Of a stretch of 6,000 bases of DNA, positions 1 to 6,000 are shown piece after piece. A program made the position numbers and the translations under genes. The notes beneath the pieces are model-generated. The model was not told where the DNA came from, ran no database searches, and saw only the letters and a program-made list of their open reading frames with translations. Position 1 is the stretch's first letter. Each line of letters starts with the position of its first letter. Source of the stretch: Takakia lepidozioides (Eukaryota; Plantae; Bryophyta); contig JAKLZA010000062.1 of assembly GCA_030704615.1 (NCBI GenBank), forward strand, positions 1-6,000. Reading direction: 5' to 3'.

Positions 1-9
1 TTAGGAGGC

Positions 10-78
10 AGTCTAGGACTTAGGCATTTTTATGGGTTCTGTGGAGTCTGGACTTAGACACTTCTATGGGTTCTGAGG
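10..78. repeat. Imperfect tandem duplication, about 35 bp x 2
   Basis: agtctaggacttaggcatttttatgggttctgtgg (10-44) versus agtctggacttagacacttctatgggttctgagg (45-78): one indel and four substitutions. Confidence 0.85.
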
Positions 79-100
79 GGTACCCTTAATTTTTTGAGAT

Positions 101-270
101 AGCCCGTCACAGCCAGTCACAGCCCGTCACAGCCATACACAGCCCAGCACAGCCAGTCACAGCCCGACACAGTCACAGCCCGTCACAGCCATATACACAG
201 CCAGTCACAGCCCGACACAGCCCGAAACAGCCGTCACAGTCGCACAGTCATCACAGCTGTCACACAGTCG
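101..270. repeat. 10-bp minisatellite, consensus AGCC(C/A)GTCAC, about 17 decaying copies
   Basis: agcccgtcac agccagtcac agcccgtcac agccatacac agcccagcac agccagtcac agcccgacac ... with an invariant ACAG core, degenerating toward 270. Confidence 0.95.
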
Positions 271-415
271 TCGTAGGAACGGTTATCATGACAGGGAATG
301 ACTGTGGGGAACAACATCTGCCGGGGAACATGTAATTCACGGAGGACGGTTAGTGAAGGAAAACGGTTTAGAACAGGGGGGGAAGGAGATAAAGCGGGCA
401 GCGGAGACGGGAGAG

Positions 416-480
416 GATCACTTTTGGGGGATGGAGATCACTGCTGGGGGACTTTAGCCACGGAGATCACTCCTGGGGAA
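416..480. repeat. Three copies of a 16-bp motif GATCACTnnTGGGG(G/A)A
   Basis: gatcacttttggggga (416-431), gatcactgctggggga (436-451), gatcactcctggggaa (465-480). Confidence 0.8.
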
Positions 481-675
481 GGACTAAGATCGAAGGAAGG
501 GAAGCTGGCGAGGAGGAAGGAGATACTATAGGACAGAGTTAGTACGAGATGTAGGATTACTTAGAGGGATAGATTAGAGAAGTTAGGAACATCAGCATGT
601 ATCCGATTATGATTAATCTGATTTTCATCCGATACAAACACCTTGTGTTGAGAGACTTTGAGTGAAGCTGTGTAT

Positions 676-738
676 GAATGAAATCAGGCCCAAGAAGCAT
701 CTGACGAATGAAAATCAGGGGGCCAAGAAGAATCTGAC
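676..738. repeat. Imperfect tandem duplication, about 30 bp x 2
   Basis: gaatgaaatcaggcccaagaagcatctgac (676-705) versus gaatgaaaatcagggggccaagaagaatctgac (706-738). Confidence 0.85.
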
Positions 739-768
739 CTTAAAAAGATACATGGTCATGATAAACAG

Positions 769-794
769 GGAATATAAACTGATAAGGAATATAA
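769..794 (+). promoter_or_regulatory. Possible TATA box or polyadenylation signal of the LTR
   Basis: GGAATATAA occurs twice (769-777, 786-794), with TATAAA at 773-778, about 160 nt before the LTR end. Motif match only. Confidence 0.3.
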
Positions 795-829
795 TTGGAA
801 ACCCAACAATGATTCACTAGCTGCAGGTC

Positions 830-1549
830 ATGACTGATTGTTTCACGCGGGCTGAATGCTTAGAGATATCCAACTCTTCTATCTTGGAGTTTCCCCCTCG
901 GATAGCGAAGGGATGGGTGAGTAAAAGCCGTGTGACATTTGGCGACCATACTGGGGAACTGAGTCATGAACAACCAGATGTGACAGGCATCTGGTGGGAT
1001 CATGGTGGTTGGAGGATTAAAGAATTTGAAGTGAATCAAATTCCCTGTGGAACGAAGGAAGAAAGATTGTCCAAACAATTCTTTCAAAGGTTCTTGGAAT
1101 TGCCAGACGGTTGTAAAGAAAATATTCTTAAGCGAGTGCATGATGCTGATCCGGAATGGGGTCTGGAGAAAGGAGTGATAAAGATTTATCAGGTAGCCTG
1201 TAGAGGAAGAGCACGGTGGTTACCAACATTGGTTTATGTGATAGCCTTACTATCTATTAAGCGGGTAGAGTTTGAAAGCTGGGAGGAAAGGAAAGTGAAT
1301 GTTTACACTCATATGCATGAGGAGCTTGTATTGGTAAAGAATTGGATTCCAAAGGATATCTTGTGGATCAAACTTACACCAAGAACAGCTTTTCAGACTT
1401 GTTTACCATATGGTTATATGGTAACGGAGACTTCCAGTATAGCCAGAGGTACATTGAAGCTGGAAAGAAACCCAGGCATATATGAGAGATACTACAGGAG
1501 AGAATTTGGTTGTTGCCACACTAAAAGAAATGAAAGATATGGGACATGA
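830..1549 (+). CDS. Accessory ORF upstream of gag, unknown function, F-box-like motif; true start and end uncertain
   Basis: A 239-codon open frame spans the interval between PBS and gag, with globular-looking composition. Its stop overlaps the gag ATG (ATGA, 1546-1549). The first about 45 codons run over the LTR end and PBS and may not be coding. Confidence 0.55.
   Translation: MTDCFTRAECLEISNSSILEFPPRIAKGWVSKSRVTFGDHTGELSHEQPDVTGIWWDHGGWRIKEFEVNQIPCGTKEERLSKQFFQRFLELPDGCKENILKRVHDADPEWGLEKGVIKIYQVACRGRARWLPTLVYVIALLSIKRVEFESWEERKVNVYTHMHEELVLVKNWIPKDILWIKLTPRTAFQTCLPYGYMVTETSSIARGTLKLERNPGIYERYYRREFGCCHTKRNERYGT
940..957 (+). promoter_or_regulatory. Primer binding site, probably complementary to the 3' end of tRNA-Arg
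   Basis: TGGCGACCATACTGGGGA: 18 nt starting with TGG (complement of tRNA CCA), directly after CA-TT. It matches the recalled plant tRNA-Arg-type PBS TGGCGACTCCACTGGGGA at 15 of 18 positions. Confidence 0.8.
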
Positions 1550-2199
1550 GTGATGAAAGAGAAGCTAGACTCCAAAGATATTCAGCAAAAAGAGAAAGTT
1601 ATCTGAAAGCTCATTATCCATACCTGTGGGAGAGAGGAATAGACATTGGGGAATCATCTGGACCTCTCACACCATTGAGATCAGGGAGTACATCACCTAT
1701 ACCAGAGGAGCTAGAGTTGGATACCACACCTTCTTTTTCTTTGCAAGAAAGATTAAGGGACTTGGCAGAGGAAGAAGATCAACCACGAGGTGAAAGATCT
1801 GAGGTACATCCCTGGATAAAAGATTTGGCAGAAATCTTTGATAAGAGTTGGCATGGAACACCAAGAGCAGGAACTCCAGTTTCGGGAGCAGAAGAGGAGG
1901 ATGCAGAACCAGCGGAGAGTTCAAACTCTCCAACATTATTACAAAATAGTTACATGAGTGAAGAAGAAGAAAACCAAGGAAAGAAATTGGAAGATGAGGA
2001 ATATGAAGAAGTAGACCCAGCAGCTGAGGTTGAGACTACAACCAGGACATCCCAACCCGTTGGACCTGGATCAAGTGGAGCACTTGGATCACAGGCCAAC
2101 GAAGGTGTCGGCTCAGAGGGATCAGGCGAAAGACCTGGATCTGGCTCTGGGGGACAGGGAGTGTGGAAAGTAGTGCAACTGAGGCTGGGAATACTGTGA
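1546..2199 (+). CDS. gag: Gag N-terminal extension (acidic, Ser/Gly/Pro-rich, probably disordered)
   Basis: ATG-initiated 217-aa ORF rich in E/S/G. It overlaps the capsid-containing ORF in the -1 frame near 2157-2163, and the low-complexity composition continues across the junction. Confidence 0.65.
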   Translation: MSDEREARLQRYSAKRESYLKAHYPYLWERGIDIGESSGPLTPLRSGSTSPIPEELELDTTPSFSLQERLRDLAEEEDQPRGERSEVHPWIKDLAEIFDKSWHGTPRAGTPVSGAEEEDAEPAESSNSPTLLQNSYMSEEEENQGKKLEDEEYEEVDPAAEVETTTRTSQPVGPGSSGALGSQANEGVGSEGSGERPGSGSGGQGVWKVVQLRLGIL

Positions 2200-5100
2200 A
2201 TATAGAAAGGCCAGGAGCAGGAAGGGTTCAGGGGCCAGTAATTGGTGGAAGAACCACCACAAATACTACAGGTCCACAGGGACCAGCATCAGCCAAAAGG
2301 CCAACAACTGTCAGGGGGCAGCAGAGTGTAGGGTCGCAGATGGCGTTACAACCAACACGGGCTAAACCACCTTTTCCGATATATTCAGGGAAAGGGGATC
2401 CTGATGTACACATTAGCCAATTTGAGCACATGTGTATAGTGAACAATGAGAATGGCGATGATGCCAAGATGAGACTGTTTCCGTGTTCACTTATAAAGAA
2501 AGCCAGTGAATGGTATGCAAGATTCCCTGATAATCATTTCCTAACCTGGAATGGCTTGAGTACAGCGTTCCGAAATAGGTTCAGGACCAGTAAAACTGAG
2601 GATGAAGTGTATGGGAGTTTACAGCAGCTGAAGCAGAAGAAGCATGAAACTGTTGAAGAGTATATGGAGAAATGGAGTTGATGATGAAAAAGTTGGCTGC
2701 TATACCAGCACCAGGATTGCAGAAGGCTTGGTTTGTGAATGGACTAAGGCCAGAGTTGCAAAAGAAAGTAGACATGTTACCCCACAATACAGTGGAGGAG
2801 GCATTTGAAACAGCAAACAGAATTGAGCAGTTGGGAATGCTCAGGAAGGAGAAAAGAGATGAAGAGGACTCTGAGGATGAGTCAGAAGAAGAAGAGGAGA
2901 TGGAGCATAAGAAGAAGAGTAAAAAGAAGGAAAAGATGAAGAGGGAAAATTATGAGAAGAGATTAGAAGAAATCTTGAAAAAGTATGCCACAGAGGCTGC
3001 AACACATTGGAGGAAGGGTGTTTGGTGTGCAAAATGCCAGAATGAAGGCCACACCACTACTGAATGCCACATGAAGGAGAAACACTGCACTATCTGTAAA
3101 ATGGATAACCATTCTACAGAGAATTGTTACTACAACAGAAGAACAGCAGTAAGAGAGCCTAGGCAGGTAAGGGTGCATCAAGTGCAACCCCAGCCAAGAA
3201 GAAACAATGATCAAGACCACTATGGTAGGACAGGTGGTTATAACAATGGCATGGAAAGGAGAGGTAATCCAAGAGGGAATTACCAGGGACATCCCAGGGG
3301 TGGCTATCAGGGTAATCCAAGAGGGAATTACCAGCCAGGGATCAGGATTACAGAAATAATCCCAGAGCAGACCAAGGGCGAGGACCCAATGGAGAAGAAC
3401 TGTGTTACTATTGTAATCAGACAGGACATCGTAAGGCGGCTTGTCCATTCTGGATCAGACACCAGAATGAGATGAGAGCTCCTGGGAATGAGGGGCCAGT
3501 AGTGGCAGCCCACATGGTTAGGCCATGTATTGTACCGGAAGTGAGTACAATGATAGTAACAAGAAGCAGAGCCAAATTAGTACCTCCAGTGGAAGATGAA
3601 GTTGATGATAATGAAGATGGCAGTGATGTGCCTGAAGATGATGAGGCTTGGAGAGATGAGAAGGAACTGCACAAGGAAGTGGCGGATACCATACGGGAAA
3701 TGCAGAAGAGTACTGATATTCCCATGGTAGACTCCTCAGACTCTGAAGGAGAAGAAGAAGTCAGTGAGGAAGAAGGAAAGAGGGAAGCTGCAGAAGTGCA
3801 GGGTAAGGAAGGGACATTGGCTGAAGTGATATGCCAGTCCAAAGTGGAAATTACCATTGGACAGCTATTAGCTGTGGCACCTTATTGTAGACACAGGCTG
3901 TATCAAGCAATCAACAGGATTGCCCATTTGACAGAGAACACAGACCTGAACAGCAAGGTGACCAGTTATAATGTGAGGCCAGAAGGGCAAGAAACAGTCA
4001 TGGATTTTGATGATTCTATGCCAGTTATCCAGTTGAGAATTGGAAGCACAGAGCTGGCAGATGTACTGATAGATGGAGGCTCTGGTGTGAATATCATGAC
4101 AGACCAATTGAGACAGAAGCTAGGTCTAAACAACATGAAACCAGCCCCATTTACAGTAACCATGGCAGACCAAAGGAGTGTACAGCCATTGGGATTGATC
4201 AGAGGAGTTAAAATCCAGATTCAAGAGATGATCTTTAAGATCACAGTAACTGTGTTGAAGATGAATGAAGTCCTGGAAGCTTATTCCTTATTGTTGGGAA
4301 GACCATGGCTGAAACAAGCCAAGGTGTCTCATGATTGGAATTCACAGTTACTGACTGTGCAGGATGGGTTGAACAAGATACAAATCACCACTAAGAAATC
4401 TGAAAGACTATCTGCTACAAGAAGACCAAGAGGGGTCAGAGAGTATGATTGGAAAGAAGGACTGGATGAGGAACAGGAAGCTACTTTGTTCGCTGCACAC
4501 CCCAGAGTGGGAACAGGTTGCAGAGATGCAATTAGAAGGCCTGAGTTGTTTAAAAAGTATCTACTGTGGTGCAGTGACAACAACCCCAATTGAGGAGGAA
4601 ATAAATAGTTACCCACCACATTTTTATGAGGAAAGGGAAGGAGAGATTGATATCCTAGAGGAACCAGCCACTGTAAGTCTACAGGATGAAATAGTAACTG
4701 GTTGGACAATCACAGCTGATGAGCAGGTGAGGGAAGTGAATGTGGGAACTGAGAAGGAACCAAGGATGGTGAAGGTAGGGGCGGATCTAGAGCCAGAATT
4801 CTTTGAGGAAGCAAAGAGTCTGTTCATTAAATACAGAGATGTATTTGCTTGGAGCTATGAGGATCTGAAGGGGATACCACCTGAGATCTGTCAACATAAG
4901 ATTGAACTGGAACCAGGATCAATACCAGTTAAACAGGCGAGATACAGGATGAATCCCAACTATGCAGAGAAGGTTGGAGAAGAGATCAAAAGTTGGCTGA
5001 AGCTAAATTTATATACCCGATAGAGTACACAACTTGGTTGTCACCCATTGTGATAGTCCCCAAGAAAAATGGCAAACTAAGAGTTTGTGTGAACTACAAG

Positions 5101-6000
5101 AAGCTGAATGCTTGTACGAGGAAGGATCCTTTTCCTCTACCATTCACAGAAGCAGTATTGGACACTGTGGCAGGCCATGAAATGTATTCATTCATGGATG
5201 GCTTCAGTGGTTATAATCAAGTACAGGTGGCAGAGGAAGATCAAGGAAAAACAGCTTTCATCACGGACTGGGGTGCTTATGCATACAAAGTCATGCCTTT
5301 TGGACTTTGTAATGCACCAGCAACTTTCCAGAGAGTTATAAGTGAATCTTTTCAGGAGTACCTTGATGATTTCATGCAGGTGTTCTTGGATGATTTCAGT
5401 GTGTATAGCTCTAAGAGTGAGCACTTGCATAAATTGGAGTTGTGCTTGGCCAGATGCAGGATGAGAGGTCTGGGCCTGAATCCAGAGAAATGTACTTTCT
5501 GTGTGAACTCAGGGGTACTTTTGGGACACATAGTGTGTAAAAAGGGACTTCTAGTGGATCCCAGAAAGACGGAGGCCATTAAAGCCTCCCCCCTCCAGTA
5601 AATGCTAAGAGTCTAAGGAGATTCCTGGGACAAACCAGCTACTACAGAAGATTTGTCAGACGGTATGCACAGATGGCAGCACCTTTGAGCAAACTTTTAA
5701 AAAAAGACGCAGTGTTTGCATGGACAGATGAATGTCAACAGGCTTTTGAGGAACTGACATTGTCAATGACAACTACACCTGTATTGATTAATCCTCACTG
5801 GCAGGAAATGTTCCATGTTCACTGTGATGCTTCAGGAGAAGCATTGGGAGCGGTGCTAGCCCAAAATGTTACAGGAAGGATAGATTCACCTGTGTACTAT
5901 GCTAGCCGATTAATGAACAATGCTGAAAGAAATTATAGCACAACAGAAAGAGAAGCATTGGCAATGATCTATGCAGTGAAGAAATTCAGGCATTACCTGT
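1546..6000 (+). CDS. gag-pol: Gag-Pol polyprotein reconstructed across six single-base frame changes (about 1480+ codons in the window, 3' partial)
   Basis: Consecutive overlapping ORFs join into one stop-free frame with one-base corrections near 2157-2159, 2670-2672, 3335-3340, 4500-4503, 4988-4991 and 5585-5593. Confidence 0.85.
2163..2681 (+). CDS. gag: Retrotransposon Gag capsid domain fragment
   Basis: FPIYSGKGDPDVHISQFE, KMRLFPCSLIKKASEWY, TWNGLSTAFRNRF and LKQKKHETVEEY (major-homology-region-like) are typical Retrotrans_gag signatures. Confidence 0.92.
   Translation: MESSATEAGNTVNIERPGAGRVQGPVIGGRTTTNTTGPQGPASAKRPTTVRGQQSVGSQMALQPTRAKPPFPIYSGKGDPDVHISQFEHMCIVNNENGDDAKMRLFPCSLIKKASEWYARFPDNHFLTWNGLSTAFRNRFRTSKTEDEVYGSLQQLKQKKHETVEEYMEKWS
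2672..3475 (+). CDS. gag: Gag C-terminal capsid/nucleocapsid fragment with CCHC zinc knuckles
   Basis: WFVNGLRPELQ capsid motif. CX2CX4HX4C at 3026-3067 and 3086-3127. A third knuckle lies at 3403-3444 in the next frame, so residues after about 3340 in this ORF are probably out of frame. Confidence 0.9.
   Translation: MELMMKKLAAIPAPGLQKAWFVNGLRPELQKKVDMLPHNTVEEAFETANRIEQLGMLRKEKRDEEDSEDESEEEEEMEHKKKSKKKEKMKRENYEKRLEEILKKYATEAATHWRKGVWCAKCQNEGHTTTECHMKEKHCTICKMDNHSTENCYYNRRTAVREPRQVRVHQVQPQPRRNNDQDHYGRTGGYNNGMERRGNPRGNYQGHPRGGYQGNPRGNYQPGIRITEIIPEQTKGEDPMEKNCVTIVIRQDIVRRLVHSGSDTRMR
3263..3334 (+). repeat. In-frame 24-bp tandem repeat x 3 encoding GNPRGNYQ-GHPRGGYQ-GNPRGNYQ
   Basis: Copies 1 and 3 are identical (ggtaatccaagagggaattaccag). 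The middle copy is diverged but keeps the frame. Confidence 0.9.
3472..4593 (+). CDS. pol: Gag-Pol spacer and retropepsin-like aspartic protease fragment
   Basis: VLIDGGSGVNIM active-site motif (D at 4072-4074), FTVTMADQRSVQPLGLI flap region and LLLGRPWL (4288-4311). Confidence 0.92.
   Translation: MRAPGNEGPVVAAHMVRPCIVPEVSTMIVTRSRAKLVPPVEDEVDDNEDGSDVPEDDEAWRDEKELHKEVADTIREMQKSTDIPMVDSSDSEGEEEVSEEEGKREAAEVQGKEGTLAEVICQSKVEITIGQLLAVAPYCRHRLYQAINRIAHLTENTDLNSKVTSYNVRPEGQETVMDFDDSMPVIQLRIGSTELADVLIDGGSGVNIMTDQLRQKLGLNNMKPAPFTVTMADQRSVQPLGLIRGVKIQIQEMIFKITVTVLKMNEVLEAYSLLLGRPWLKQAKVSHDWNSQLLTVQDGLNKIQITTKKSERLSATRRPRGVREYDWKEGLDEEQEATLFAAHPRVGTGCRDAIRRPELFKKYLLWCSDNNPN
4445..5023 (+). CDS. pol: Pol fragment: protease-RT linker and RT N-terminus
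   Basis: YRDVFAWSYEDLKGIPPEICQHKIELEPGSIPVKQARYRMNP is a characteristic pre-RT motif of Athila/Tat-group elements. Confidence 0.9.
   Translation: MIGKKDWMRNRKLLCSLHTPEWEQVAEMQLEGLSCLKSIYCGAVTTTPIEEEINSYPPHFYEEREGEIDILEEPATVSLQDEIVTGWTITADEQVREVNVGTEKEPRMVKVGADLEPEFFEEAKSLFIKYRDVFAWSYEDLKGIPPEICQHKIELEPGSIPVKQARYRMNPNYAEKVGEEIKSWLKLNLYTR
4993..5601 (+). CDS. pol: Reverse transcriptase core fragment
   Basis: WLSPIVIVPKKNGKLRVCV, DGFSGYNQ, KTAF, MPFGLCNAPATFQR, catalytic FLDD (5383-5394), LNPEKCTF and LLGHIV. Confidence 0.97.
   Translation: MAEAKFIYPIEYTTWLSPIVIVPKKNGKLRVCVNYKKLNACTRKDPFPLPFTEAVLDTVAGHEMYSFMDGFSGYNQVQVAEEDQGKTAFITDWGAYAYKVMPFGLCNAPATFQRVISESFQEYLDDFMQVFLDDFSVYSSKSEHLHKLELCLARCRMRGLGLNPEKCTFCVNSGVLLGHIVCKKGLLVDPRKTEAIKASPLQ
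5586..6000 (+). CDS. pol: RT thumb/connection and Ty3-type RNase H (3' partial, not in the ORF track)
   Basis: Manual translation gives LRRFLGQTSYYRRFV...FAWTDECQQAFEEL...FHVHCDASGEALGAVLAQ...PVYYASRLMNNAERNYSTTEREALAMIYAVKKFRHYL, with no stop to the window end. Confidence 0.95.

Larger units (their letters stand above)
258..937 (+). repeat. Candidate 5' LTR (3' end at 937 well supported; 5' end at 258 tentative)
   Basis: Ends in GTGTGACA (930-937), 2 nt before the PBS. TGTCACAC at 258-265 is its exact reverse complement, giving TG...CA termini. The second LTR is not in the window, so this cannot be confirmed. Confidence 0.5.
258..6000 (+). mobile_element. Ty3/Gypsy LTR retrotransposon, non-chromovirus (Athila/Tat/Ogre-like), 3' part outside the window; left boundary uncertain and may lie upstream of the window
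   Basis: Domain order Gag-protease-RT-RNase H with no integrase before RT (Gypsy order). RT motifs DPFPLPF, FMDGFSGYNQ, MPFGLCNAPATFQR and VFLDDFSV resemble plant Athila/Tat-group RTs. A CA-ending LTR-like terminus is followed by a PBS at 940-957. Confidence 0.95.

Noticed and set aside
101-270. CRISPR-like array
   Set aside because: The units are 10-bp tandem repeats with no unique spacers, and the context is a eukaryotic retrotransposon.
298-531. 77-aa ORF
   Set aside because: It lies in the G-rich, repeat-containing putative LTR and has no recognisable motif; probably a chance ORF.
599-635. Imperfect inverted repeat GTATCCGAT/ATCCGATAC around the palindrome GATTAATC
   Set aside because: It is short, mismatched and AT-rich, so not distinguishable from chance.
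3335-3475. Programmed gag/pol frameshift or ATGA coupling at 3472-3475
   Set aside because: The downstream frame is already open from about 3340 and contains a zinc knuckle, and no X-XXY-YYZ heptamer is evident. A single missing base near 3335-3340 explains it more simply.
4072-4083. Protease active site DGGS instead of D(S/T)G as a sign of inactivation
   Set aside because: DxGS variants including DGGS are common in this group of plant Gypsy elements.
5359-5373. YLDDF as a second or true RT catalytic motif
   Set aside because: Spacing from PFGLCNAPATFQR and the following FSVYS context place the catalytic motif at FLDD (5383-5394). The upstream YLDD is a coincidental look-alike.
860-5579. 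Minus-strand ORFs (for example 2963-3448, 3417-3857, 4329-4709) and the nested + ORF 5108-5341
   Set aside because: They are shadows of the purine-rich gag-pol frame, with S/L/F/P-rich composition and no independent motifs.
5695-5705. TTTTAAAAAAA slippery sequence as a programmed frameshift
   Set aside because: The Pol frame reads through (LLKKDAVFAW) into RNase H without needing a shift.

Overview
This window is the 5' part of a plant-type Ty3/Gypsy LTR retrotransposon on the + strand, most like the non-chromovirus Athila/Tat/Ogre-related lineages. In order it holds: a repeat-rich non-coding region ending in a probable 5' LTR terminus (...GTGTGACA, 937); an 18-nt tRNA-Arg-type primer binding site (940-957); an extra ORF of unknown function upstream of gag (830-1549) with an F-box-like motif; and a gag-pol region from 1546 to beyond the window end. 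The gag-pol region encodes a long acidic N-terminal extension, a retrotransposon Gag capsid, three CCHC zinc knuckles, an aspartic protease, reverse transcriptase and the start of RNase H. It is split by six frame changes. Each can be repaired by one base in a short homopolymer, and the repaired frame has no stop codon, so this is probably an intact young element with read/assembly indel errors rather than a decayed copy. The most interesting item is the accessory ORF between the PBS and gag.
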